18,565 nucleotides of DNA from Candidatus Asbonarchaeum danakilense (GTDB lineage Archaea; Nanohalarchaeota; Nanosalinia; Nanosalinales; Nanoanaerosalinaceae): positions 1-18,565 of the forward strand of contig JAXINV010000003.1 in NCBI GenBank assembly GCA_034190465.1. Reading direction: 5' to 3'. The notes beneath the pieces are model-generated. The model ran no database searches and was not told the origin of the DNA. It saw only the letters and a list, made by a program, of their open reading frames with translations. Both the position numbers and the translations under genes were made by a program. Shown in pieces: positions 7,713 through 17,300 of this stretch (position 1 is its first letter; each line of letters begins with the position of its first letter).

Positions 7713-8362
7713 AACAGCCATACGACAACGTCTGGCGGACCGACAAGCGGCTCTACACCCGCAACCTCGTCCCCGGCGAACAGGTCTACGGCGAACGGCT
7801 CAAGGAGTACAACGACCAGGAATACCGGCAGTGGGACCCGAACCGGTCCAAGCTCGCCGCCGCCATCATGCAGGACCTCGACGAACTGCCCATCGCACCG
7901 GACAGCCAGGTCCTCTACCTCGGCGCCGCCTCCGGTACCACGCCCAGCCACGTCTCCGACATCGTCCGGGACGGCATCGTCTACGGCGTCGAATACGCCG
8001 AACAGGTGGTCCGCGACCTGCTCACCCTGTCAGAGCAGCGGGACAACCTGGCACCGATCCTCGCCGACGCCCGGAAGCCCGACAGGTACAGCGGCCTCGT
8101 CGACAGGGTCGACACCGTCTTCCAGGACGTCGCCCAGCCCGACCAGGTCGAACTCCTGCAGCGGAACACCGAACGGTTCCTCCGCCCCGATGGCCAGGCA
8201 CTGCTCGCGCTCAAGGCACGGTCCATCTCCTCATCCAAGGACGCCAGCAAGGTCTTCCAGGAGCAGGAGGAGAAACTCCGGCAGCACTTCACCATCGAAT
8301 GGTCCACCCGGCTCGACCCGTACGAAGAAGACCACAAATTCTACCGGCTCACACCCGACTAA
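7709..8362 (+). CDS. flpA: Fibrillarin-like rRNA/tRNA 2'-O-methyltransferase
   Basis: Motifs TRNLVPGEQVYGE, YRQWDPNRSKLAAAI, VLYLGAASGTTPSHVSDIV, DVAQPDQ, KARSI and LDPYEEDH. Confidence 0.97.
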   Translation: MKQPYDNVWRTDKRLYTRNLVPGEQVYGERLKEYNDQEYRQWDPNRSKLAAAIMQDLDELPIAPDSQVLYLGAASGTTPSHVSDIVRDGIVYGVEYAEQVVRDLLTLSEQRDNLAPILADARKPDRYSGLVDRVDTVFQDVAQPDQVELLQRNTERFLRPDGQALLALKARSISSSKDASKVFQEQEEKLRQHFTIEWSTRLDPYEEDHKFYRLTPD

Positions 8363-8378
8363 CGAGAGTGTAATCGAG

Positions 8379-9413
8379 ATGAACAGCGACAGCGACGACC
8401 CGACACTCTTCCTCAACCACACCCACACAGCCACGTCCAACGACTTCACGGAGCAGTACGGCAGCCGCGACGTCAACCACCACACCGACTACATCGCCAT
8501 CACCGAACAGCTTCCCGACGACATCAGCATCGTCTACAACCGGACCGAGCACGACAGGACCGGCACCGACCTCTACGACGATATCAGGGCCGAGGTCGAG
8601 GCCCGGGGCGGCGAGTACGAACAGTTCGAACGCCACGCCTGGTTCCGGCTGGACGGCACCGAGGCAGCCGTCATCAACTCCGTCGAAGCCTCAGTCGAGG
8701 ACGAGGACTGGCACTACACCATCAACGGCCTCCCGATCGAGGACCAGGACTACCACGACCTCAGCGAGGACGGACTGTACGACGCCGCGCAGGACGCCGC
8801 TTGGACCGCGCCCGCCCACCCCTTCATCCCCGAGTTCCAGCCGCCCGAGGACCAGCTGGACCGGTTCTTCCAGCAGGCCCAAGAGGATGGCTTCCAGGCC
8901 GCGATCAACTACAGCACCGGGTACAGCCCGCTCGTCAACCGTCTGGCCCGGGGCGAGACAAGTGGACTGCTCACCGCGGTCGAGACCGTGCGCGGCCTCC
9001 TCGGCGGCAGCGACGACACCACCGACCGCGACGTCCACCACTACGCCGACCAGTACGACATCCCGCTCGTCCCCGAGCTCGACAGCCATGCCGCCCTGCC
9101 CGACCGCCTCGAAGGCAGCGGCGTCATCGACACCGACGTCATGGACGACCTGCGGGACGGCGACATCCCGGGCGACGACCTCCTCGGCAGCGACGTCCTC
9201 AGCTACAGCGAACCAGGCGATGAAGGACTTTCCTGGCCGCAGTTCCTCACCAGCTTCCCCGACACCGCACCGCTGTACGACACAGGGCTGCTCCCGCTGC
9301 CGGACACGGAAGACGAGTTCAGCGACGCCATGGAGCGCAGCCTGGCCGGCCTCGACGACATCGAACCCGGCGAACTGCTTGAGAACGCCTACACACCGGG
9401 TGAGCACAGGTGA
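8379..9413 (+). CDS. PHP-domain metal-dependent phosphoesterase-like protein
   Basis: PHP metal motifs occur in order: HTHT..S.D, TEHD, SVE...H, AHPF, LDSH. ATG 8379 is chosen because the longer ORF-track start overlaps flpA. Confidence 0.7.
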   Translation: MNSDSDDPTLFLNHTHTATSNDFTEQYGSRDVNHHTDYIAITEQLPDDISIVYNRTEHDRTGTDLYDDIRAEVEARGGEYEQFERHAWFRLDGTEAAVINSVEASVEDEDWHYTINGLPIEDQDYHDLSEDGLYDAAQDAAWTAPAHPFIPEFQPPEDQLDRFFQQAQEDGFQAAINYSTGYSPLVNRLARGETSGLLTAVETVRGLLGGSDDTTDRDVHHYADQYDIPLVPELDSHAALPDRLEGSGVIDTDVMDDLRDGDIPGDDLLGSDVLSYSEPGDEGLSWPQFLTSFPDTAPLYDTGLLPLPDTEDEFSDAMERSLAGLDDIEPGELLENAYTPGEHR

Positions 9414-9898
9414 AAACCCTCTTCATCGGGCGTTTCCAGCCCCTGCACCGCGGCCACCTCCACGCGCTCAGGCAGGCAGGCCAGTCCTACGACCTCGTCA
9501 TCGGGGTCGGCAGCGCCGAGACCAGTCGCACCGCAGACAACCCGCTCACGTTCGACGAACGCAGACGCGCCCTCGAAAACTGCCTCGACAGCCCCGACGT
9601 CAGGCCCATCCCCGACACCAACGACGACGAAGACTGGATGGACTGGATCGAGGAACGGTTCAGCGTCGAGCGGTGCATCTCCGGCAACGACCACGTCCGC
9701 CGCCTGTTCCAGGAGCGCGGCTACCAGGTCGAGCACCCTGACTACCTGAAGCCAGAACAGCTGTCAGGCACCACGATCCGTGAGAACATCGCAGCCGGCG
9801 AGTTGTGGCGGGACATGGTCCCCAACTGCTGCGAACAGGTGCTCGACGACATCGACTTCGAGCAGCGCGTCAGACAGAGCTACGAGAACGACGGATGA
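9410..9898 (+). CDS. nadM: Nicotinamide/nicotinate mononucleotide adenylyltransferase (archaeal NadM type)
   Basis: Motifs FIGRFQPLHRGH (HxGH), IGVGSA, NPLTFDER, SGN and SGTTIRE...W..MVP. GTGA overlap with the PHP gene. Confidence 0.92.
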   Translation: MKTLFIGRFQPLHRGHLHALRQAGQSYDLVIGVGSAETSRTADNPLTFDERRRALENCLDSPDVRPIPDTNDDEDWMDWIEERFSVERCISGNDHVRRLFQERGYQVEHPDYLKPEQLSGTTIRENIAAGELWRDMVPNCCEQVLDDIDFEQRVRQSYENDG

Positions 9899-10770
9899 GG
9901 CGGCAGATCCCGCTTGTACGCCATCTCCTGCTTCCGCTCACGGACCATCGCAGCATCACCCTTCCCGGCGGCATCCACTGCATCGACGATCGCATCGTCG
10001 TCCATCCCGATCGCTATACCGACCAGGATCTGGTCCAGCACGTCGTAGCCGTGCAGTAGCTCATCCTTATCGCGCTGCCCCTTCCATAGGTCCGCCGACG
10101 GCAGCTTCTCGATGATCGCCTCGTCAACATCCATGAACCGTGCCAGCGAGCGGACCGATGTCTTGTACAGCTCGTACAGCGCCTCGTTGTCGATCCCTCC
10201 CAGGCCGTCCGCCGCCAGCGTCATGTAGCCCAGATCGCGTTCAGACGCGTTCGTCGTCCCCGCGACCAGCGACTCCCGCGCCTTCGCGACGTCCCGCGCC
10301 ACGATCATGCGGCACCGGGCCAGAATGTTGCCGCGCTTCACGCGCTGCTCCTCCTCGTCGTCAACGCGGCGTCCCAGGCGTTCCAGCGTCTCGACCGCGT
10401 CATCGATGTGCTCCCGCACCTGGTCCGGGTCGTTGGTCGGGATGCCCAGCCGGTCTGCGACGGCACGTGCATGCTCCACATCGTCCTCACTGCTGTGTTC
10501 CGCCGGCATGATGACGCCGAACACCCTCTCCGGGCCGACAGCGTCCGCCAGCAGGTGGGCCGTGACACTGGAGTCGATCCCGCCGCTCAGCCCGACCACG
10601 TAGCCGCGCAGGCCTGACGACTCCAGGTGGCCGCGGTAGAACTCCGTCAGGCGGGCCTTGACCGTCTCGCACTCCGCCGGTGCCAGCTCCAGCAGCTGCG
10701 TCGGGTCCTCCCGGAACGCCGCCGCGAACCGTTCATGCCTGTCCGCCGTGTAGTTGTGGACGTAGGTCAT
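9880..10770 (-). CDS. nadE: NH3-dependent NAD+ synthetase
   Basis: Motifs VVGLSGGIDSSV, GNILARCRM, GTTNASE..LGY.T, LYKTSVR.LA and PSADLW.GQ.D..EL. No glutaminase domain. Confidence 0.93.
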   Translation of the reverse strand: MTYVHNYTADRHERFAAAFREDPTQLLELAPAECETVKARLTEFYRGHLESSGLRGYVVGLSGGIDSSVTAHLLADAVGPERVFGVIMPAEHSSEDDVEHARAVADRLGIPTNDPDQVREHIDDAVETLERLGRRVDDEEEQRVKRGNILARCRMIVARDVAKARESLVAGTTNASERDLGYMTLAADGLGGIDNEALYELYKTSVRSLARFMDVDEAIIEKLPSADLWKGQRDKDELLHGYDVLDQILVGIAIGMDDDAIVDAVDAAGKGDAAMVRERKQEMAYKRDLPPHPSFS

Positions 10771-11342
10771 GCGAACGACACCTCATCGCTGTCCACGACC
10801 TCGCCGAACAGCCAGTCAGCGTGCTCCAGCGCGTACTCCTTGTCCTCCTGCTCGATCGCCTCCGTGCCGTCCCGGACGATGATGGATCGGTAATCGTGCA
10901 GCGCCGCAGAGGCCGCAGTGTGCAGCACACAGACGTTCGTCAGCACGCCGACCACCAGCACCGTCTCGATGCCCTTGAACTGCAGGTACTGGTGCAGGTT
11001 GGTCTCATGGAACGCATCGTACGTCCCCTTCTCGATGATCTGGTCCTCCACCCGGGGCTCCACCGGAGCCAGCTCCTCCACGATCTCCGTGTCTGCAGTG
11101 CCGCGGACGCAGTGCTCGCCCCAGCGTTCGAACTCGTCGTAGTACTTCGTCCGGAACTCCTCCTCGTGCGTGTCCTTCGTATAGACGACCTCCACGCCGG
11201 CGTCGCGGCACGCCTCCAGGAACGCCCCGACGCGCGGAATCACCTCCTCACAGCGCTCCGCGTACAGCGATCCGTCCGGTTTGCAGAAGCCTTGCTGCAT
11301 GTCCACCACGATCAGCGCCGTCGTCTCAGGGTCGAGTTCCAT
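10767..11342 (-). CDS. pncA: Nicotinamidase (isochorismatase family cysteine hydrolase)
   Basis: Asp-Lys-Cys triad (VVDMQ, EKGTY, TNVCV) and metal ligands D.H (KDTH) and EHC. It lies between pncB and nadE. Start is ATG 11342. Confidence 0.85.
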   Translation of the reverse strand: MELDPETTALIVVDMQQGFCKPDGSLYAERCEEVIPRVGAFLEACRDAGVEVVYTKDTHEEEFRTKYYDEFERWGEHCVRGTADTEIVEELAPVEPRVEDQIIEKGTYDAFHETNLHQYLQFKGIETVLVVGVLTNVCVLHTAASAALHDYRSIIVRDGTEAIEQEDKEYALEHADWLFGEVVDSDEVSFA

Positions 11343-11346
11343 GGTA

Positions 11347-12702
11347 TCACCGTGCCAGCTCCTCACGGAGCCGTTCCGTCTCCCGTTCCAGCCCCTCGCT
11401 CGGCGACACGGGATACGTCGCCGGCGACCGGATCCGTTGCACACCCTCCGGCAGCTTCGACAGGGACCGTTCCCTGCGCGACCGGACCGCGTCCAGCGAG
11501 GGCAGATCGTACACGCGGTCACCTGCATCGTATATATCGACAAGCAGCTCCTCGCCGCGGATATCCTCGTCCTGGAGAGCGATCACGTCCTTCTGGAACC
11601 GGCCGTCCCGCTCCACCCGGTGGACCGTCTTCCGGCCGGGGTACGTCACCTTGCCCTGTGACAGCTTCATCGTCGGCCGCAGTTCACCGTCGCGCTCCAC
11701 CGCGACCAGCTTGTACACCCCCTCCAGCGTCGGCGCGTCCGCGCTCGTCACCAGGTTCGTTCCCACGCCGAAGCCCGTCGCCACACCGCCGTCCTCGAAG
11801 AACTCCGTGATCGCGTACTCATCCAGCCCCGACGACACGAACACATCCAGCCCCGTCTCCCCGGCCACCTGCCGTGACAGCCCGGCCAGATCGCCGGAAT
11901 CGATCCGGACACCCCTGATATCGACGTCCATCTCGTCCGCAACGTCAGCCGCCAGCTCAGCTCCCTCCAGCGTATCGTAGGTATCGACCAGCAGGATCGA
12001 GTCCTCGCCATAGGACTCCACATAGGCGCGGAACGCTTCCTCCTCCGTCTCGAAGCTCTGAATCCAGGAATGCGCCATCGTGCCGAAGACCTTGATATCG
12101 AAATCCCTCCCTGCCGCAACGTTTGACGTGCCGTCGAAACCGCCGATGTACGCCGCCCGGGCCGCCTTCACCCCCGCATCCGTGCCATGTGCGCGCCGCG
12201 AACCGAAATCGACCAGCGACTGGCCGTCACCTTTCTCGTCCACCACGTGCCGCATCCGTGCCGCCTTCGTCGCGATCAGCGACTGGAACGCTACCTGGTT
12301 GATCAGCATCGTCTCCAGCAGCTGCGCCTGCATGATCGTCGCCGTCACCTCGATGATCGGCTCGTCCGGGAACACCGCCGTCCCCTCCGGCACCGCGCGG
12401 ACATCGCCGGTGAACTCGAACCCGGCCAGCCAGTCCAAGAAGCCGTCGTTGAAGCCCTGCTCCGCCAGGTAGTCGATCGCCTCCCCGTCGAACGACAGCC
12501 CGTCGAGATACGCCACCACCTGCTCCAGCCCCGCAGCGATCAGGTAGCCGCGGTCCGGGGGCAGGTCGCGCACGAACAGGTCGAACGTCGCCCGGGGATT
12601 GTGGCCCTGCTCGAAGTAACCCTGCAGCATCGTCAGCTCGTACAGGTCCGTGAACAGCGGCAGATCGCCGCCATCCAGGGCCCCGAACGTCGGCTCCGTC
12701 AT
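11347..12702 (-). CDS. pncB: Nicotinate phosphoribosyltransferase
   Basis: Motifs LFTDLYELTM, DFGSRRAHG, GTSNV, GTMAHSWI, LVDTYDT, GVRIDSGD, FGVGT, VYKLV and K.T.PG.K. Confidence 0.95.
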   Translation of the reverse strand: MTEPTFGALDGGDLPLFTDLYELTMLQGYFEQGHNPRATFDLFVRDLPPDRGYLIAAGLEQVVAYLDGLSFDGEAIDYLAEQGFNDGFLDWLAGFEFTGDVRAVPEGTAVFPDEPIIEVTATIMQAQLLETMLINQVAFQSLIATKAARMRHVVDEKGDGQSLVDFGSRRAHGTDAGVKAARAAYIGGFDGTSNVAAGRDFDIKVFGTMAHSWIQSFETEEEAFRAYVESYGEDSILLVDTYDTLEGAELAADVADEMDVDIRGVRIDSGDLAGLSRQVAGETGLDVFVSSGLDEYAITEFFEDGGVATGFGVGTNLVTSADAPTLEGVYKLVAVERDGELRPTMKLSQGKVTYPGRKTVHRVERDGRFQKDVIALQDEDIRGEELLVDIYDAGDRVYDLPSLDAVRSRRERSLSKLPEGVQRIRSPATYPVSPSEGLERETERLREELAR

Positions 12703-12744
12703 GGATGGAACTTGGTCGTCGCGCGGTAAAAAGACACCGTCCCG

Positions 12745-13848
12745 TCAGTCCTCCGCAGCCCCGACCGCGTCCAGCAGGTTCTGCTTGAACGCTTCCAACC
12801 TCCCCGCATCGAACGAGGCACCGGCAGCGACCCGGTGGCCGCCCGCCTCCGCGTTTTCCCCTGCGTCCTCCGGCAGCGCCTCGCGGAGCAGCGATCCCAG
12901 GTCCAGCCGGCCGTCCTGGCACCGGGACGAGACATTGATCCGGTCGCCCTCACGCTTCGCGATGATGTACGCCCAGTCCTCCTTCTCCAGCGACACCTGG
13001 GTCGCGATCGCAGAATTGATGTGGTACGGCGACTCGAACTCGAAGAAGACAAGCTTCTCATCCTCATAGACCTCCTTCTCATCCTCGAACCGTTCCTTGA
13101 TACGGGTGAACTCGTCCTGCATCTCCTCGTAGTACTCCAGCAGCTCCTGGTACTCCTCCCTGGACTCCAGGTACTTCAGCCCGTCAGCCCGTGTCAGCGC
13201 CTTGAAAGCCTTGACCGCGCAGTCCTCCGTGTCCTTGTACGTCTTCACATTCAGCACCGACGCGTACCGGCCGTAGGTACAGCTCTTCGCCAGGTTGTCC
13301 TGCGTCAGCTCGTCGGGGAAGTACTTCGGGTACAGCTTCGCCAGCCGCTCGAACAGCTCAGGCGCAGCCTCCACCGCGAAGTCCTGGATGATGCCCATCC
13401 CCGCGATCCAGTCCAGGTCCAGCCCGAACTCCTTCGAGATATCGTTGCACAGCTTCGCAGCAGGGACGTACGCGTCAGGATCATCCAGCCGCGGGTTGAC
13501 GAACACCGCATCCTCCAGGTCCTCATCGAAGTCGTGGTGGTCCACGATCAGGATCTCCACGTCGTGCTCGCGGTGCAGCTCCTCCACCCGGTCCGACGGC
13601 ACCGACATGTCCAGCACGATAAGCCGTTCCACCTGCTCCTGCTCGATGATGCGTTCCGCCCGTCGCCCGACCTGGTGCTTCCTGTCCGCCGGGATTGTGA
13701 CAAAATCCGCACCCGTGCCACGGACCTCCTCGATGACCTTCGACGTGATCGCCGCAGCGCACGAGCCGTCCATGTCCCAGTGGTGCACTATCAGGACGTT
13801 TTCCCCTTCCTCGACTGCTTCCAGATAATCGACAGCTTCCGTGTACAT
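12745..13848 (-). CDS. DHH/DHHA1 phosphoesterase (RecJ/NrnA-like)
   Basis: Motifs HHWDMDG, VLDM, VDHH, GIIQD and C-terminal S.R...GGHRVAAG. Confidence 0.88.
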   Translation of the reverse strand: MYTEAVDYLEAVEEGENVLIVHHWDMDGSCAAAITSKVIEEVRGTGADFVTIPADRKHQVGRRAERIIEQEQVERLIVLDMSVPSDRVEELHREHDVEILIVDHHDFDEDLEDAVFVNPRLDDPDAYVPAAKLCNDISKEFGLDLDWIAGMGIIQDFAVEAAPELFERLAKLYPKYFPDELTQDNLAKSCTYGRYASVLNVKTYKDTEDCAVKAFKALTRADGLKYLESREEYQELLEYYEEMQDEFTRIKERFEDEKEVYEDEKLVFFEFESPYHINSAIATQVSLEKEDWAYIIAKREGDRINVSSRCQDGRLDLGSLLREALPEDAGENAEAGGHRVAAGASFDAGRLEAFKQNLLDAVGAAED

Positions 13849-13872
13849 ATGCTCTATGGTCGTACCTGTTCC

Positions 13873-14322
13873 TCATTCCGTCACGTCCGCCGTGACAGAG
13901 TCCTCATCGACGATGAACCGCGGATCGATCCGCAGCACGTGGTTGCCCGATCCGCCACCACCATACACCTCCTGCTTGCCCACCACCGCCTCATCGATCA
14001 CCTTCGGCAGCGGAAGACTGACCGGCGGCACACCGCCGACCTCATAGCCGGTGAACTCCTCAACCTCCTCCGGCGACGCGATACGGGCCTCCTCCGCTTC
14101 AAGCGCCTCGCACAGCTTGTCCTCATCGACGCGGGCCGGGCCCGGCACGACCACCAGGTACGGCTCGTCATCCACGAGGAACACCAGACTCTTGATGATA
14201 CTGTCCTTGTCCGTGCCGAGCGCCTGGGCCGCCTGCTTCGCGCTCTTCGTGTTCTGCTCCAGCTCGATGATCTCGCCATCGATCACCGACTCCTCCAGGA
14301 ACCGTCGCAGCCGGTCCACCAT
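13873..14322 (-). CDS. YbaK/EbsC (ProX-like) aminoacyl-tRNA deacylase
   Basis: Motifs SAKQAAQALG, IIKSLVF, ASPEEV...TGYEVGGVPP and YGGGG. TGATG overlap with the ileS stop. Confidence 0.9.
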   Translation of the reverse strand: MVDRLRRFLEESVIDGEIIELEQNTKSAKQAAQALGTDKDSIIKSLVFLVDDEPYLVVVPGPARVDEDKLCEALEAEEARIASPEEVEEFTGYEVGGVPPVSLPLPKVIDEAVVGKQEVYGGGGSGNHVLRIDPRFIVDEDSVTADVTE

Positions 14323-17300
14323 CACGCATCACCCGGATCCGGGAAGCTGAACCGGGCGGAACGGTCCCTGAACGAGACCTCACCGCCGTTCTCGTGGTTT
14401 GCCTCTCCGTAGGTTATCTCCGTCACGTTGACACGGTCCCTGACAAGCGCCTCATACTCCTGCAGCGCCTCGACATCGCCGGCGAACGCCAACGGCACGC
14501 TGTCCGCGACATCCAGCTCAGCCTCCTTCCGCTGCTGCTGCACAGCCCTGATGACCTCGCTGACGAACGCCTCGTCCTCGATCGCCGGCGTCATATGCAG
14601 ATCGATGTACAACTGGCCGCGGCTGAAGTCACGGTTGCCGACCGAGTCCTTCGTCTCGCTCTTGATCGTCACGTCCTCCAGCTCCAGGTCGTAGCCATCC
14701 ACAACGATCTCACCCGTGTCCTGCAGCCGCTTGACCTGGTCGTGCTCCAGCTCCTCGACGATCCCCGCGACCTCCTCAGCGTCGCCGCCGAACTTCGGGC
14801 CCAGGTTCGAGTACTCGGGCTCAGCGACCAGGCTGGTCGCCACCTCACCGAACTCGAGTTCCTTCACGTTCGCCATATCCTTGATAAGGCCGGTCAGGCG
14901 TTCAAGCTCCTCCTCAGTCTTTTCATCCGTCGCGACGATCAGCTTCTTCGCCGGCCACCGCAGGTTGTACTCCCGCCGGTCACGGATCCTGACCGCCTGC
15001 TGGACGACCTCGCGGGCCAGCTCCATGCTCTCTTCCAGGTCCTCCTCGATCCAGACCTCCTCAGCGTCCGGGTAGCCCTCCATGTGGATTGACAGCTCCT
15101 CACCACCCATGTCCTGGTACACCTGCTCCGTGATGTACGGTGCGAGCGGCGCCAGCAGCAGGTTCGTCTTCCGCAGCACCTCCTGCAGCGTCCATGTCGC
15201 CGCCCGGTCGCCGTCCTTCACCCGGTCACGGACCTTCTTCAGGTACCATCGGGACAGATCCTCCAGGATGAACTCCTCGAGCGTCCGCGTGACCTCGTGG
15301 AACTGGCAGTCGTCCATCAGCTCCGCTGCCTCGTCCGTGATCGAGTTGACCCGGGACAGCACCCAGCGGTCCTCCGGCTCGAAGCCGTCAGACGGGCATT
15401 CGACGTCCTCGCCGTGCGTCTCGAAGAACTCCTTCGTGTTCCAGAACACGCTGAACAGCCGGTAGATCTCCTCCTCGATCTCATCCTCATCGTACTTCGT
15501 CTGCTCCCACGGCGGGGCTGCGCGCAGCGAGTAGAACCGGGGCAGGTCCGCACCGTAGTCCTCCACCTGCTCCACCGGATCCACGACGTTGCCCAGCGAC
15601 TTCGACATCTTCTTCCCCTCCGCGTCCAGCACATGGCCCTGGAACAGGATCGTGTCGTACGGCGCCTCGTCGAAGCCAAGGATGCCGCAGAACAGCAGCG
15701 AGTAGAACCAGCCGCGGATCTGGTCCGATGCCTCCGTGATGAAGTCCATCGGCCACATCGACCGCAGCGGCTCCTCCTCGAACGGGTAGTGCAGCGACGC
15801 GAACGGCGCACAGCCCGAATCGAACCACACGTCCAGGATGTCCGGGATACGTTCCTTCGTCCCGCCGCAGTCGCAGTCCCAGGTCATGTCATCCACGTAA
15901 TGCTTGTGCGGGTCGAAACCGTCCGGCAGCCCGCCGTTCCGCTCCTCCAGCTCATCGAAACTGCCGACGACCTCGTAGTCGCCGCAGTCGTCACAGACCC
16001 AGATCGGGACCGGGACACCCCAGTAGTTCTGCCGGGAGATGCACCAGTCAGGCGAGTCCTCCACAAAGTTGCGGAACCGCGTCCGGACATGCTCCGGGAT
16101 CCAGTCCACATCCCGGTTCTCCTCCAGCATCCGGCGCTTCACACGGTCATTCCGGATGAACCACTGCTCCGCAGCCCGCATCACCAGCTTCGTCTTGCAC
16201 CGCCAGCAGTGCGGGTACTCGTGCGGGTGGGCCTCGCTGTGGAACAGCACGCCCGCCTCGTCCAGGTCGTCGACGATCGCCTCGTTCACGTCGTGGACGT
16301 AGGCGCCGGCGTACTCGCCCGCCTCATCAGTGTACTTGCCCTCCGCATCCACCGGTGAGAACACCGGCAGGTCGATCTGGCGGGTGACCTCGTAGTCCTC
16401 CTGGCCGTGGCCGGTCGCCGCGTGGACGAGGCCTGTTCCTTCCTCCAGCGTGACCAGCTCGTCCGACGTGTGGACGCGGTGAACGCCGTCAGCCTCGTCA
16501 AGCTCCGCCTGGCGTGGCACCCTGTCAGCCAGTGGGTGCTCGTACTTCTTGCCCTGCAGCTGGACGCCGGGGAAGCTGCCGAGGACCTCGTAGTCGTCCT
16601 CGTCGTAGCCCGCCGCCTCCATCACCCGGTCGAGCAGCTGGTCCGCCACGATGACGACATCGCCGTCGACCCTGACACGGGCGTAGTCGAAGTCAGGGTG
16701 GACGTAGACCGCCATGTTGGCCGGGATCGTCCACGGCGTCGTCGTCCAGATCAGCAGCGACTCGTCACGGTTCGCCAAGGGAAGCTTCACGAAGATCGCG
16801 GTATCGGTCACCTCCTTGTACTCGTCAGAGACCTCGTAGCCGGACAGCGAAGTCTGGCACCGGGGACACCAGTGGATAGGCTTCAATGCTTGGTACAGCA
16901 GGTCCTGCTGCTCCGCCTGCTGGACCAGCCACCACTCGCTCTCGATGTAGTCCGGGTCGTAGGTCATGTACGGGTCGTCGAAGTCCTGCCAGATCGCCAG
17001 GTCGCCCATCACGCCCTTCCACAGGTCCTGGGCCGACGTGGCGCGCTTCTTGCATTCCTTGATAAATTCGTCGGACGAGATCCTGTCGCCGATCTCGTTC
17101 TTGTTCTCGATCCCGAGCTCCTCTTCGGTCGCGAGCTCGTTCGGCAGACCGTGCGTGTCGAACCCGGCCTGGTCCCAGACATCGTAGCCCTGCATCTGCT
17201 TGAACCGCAGCATCACGTCTTTCATCACCTTGCCCTGCATGTGGCCGACGTGCGGCGCCCCGTTCAGGTACGGCGGGCCGTCGATGATGAAGAACGGGTC

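Noticed and set aside
9410..12702. Phage-type NAD reconstitution pathway or a mobile island
   Set aside because: No viral genes, integrase or att sites; the enzymes are the cellular PncA/PncB route embedded among housekeeping genes.
12835..14412. Long alternative ORFs (525 aa at 12835; also 376 aa at 10680, 353 aa at 15297, 283 aa at 6196, and the 5' part of 16407-18284)
   Set aside because: Antisense or frame shadows of well-supported genes, expected in high-GC DNA, with non-halophilic composition (rich in Arg/Leu/Val/His).
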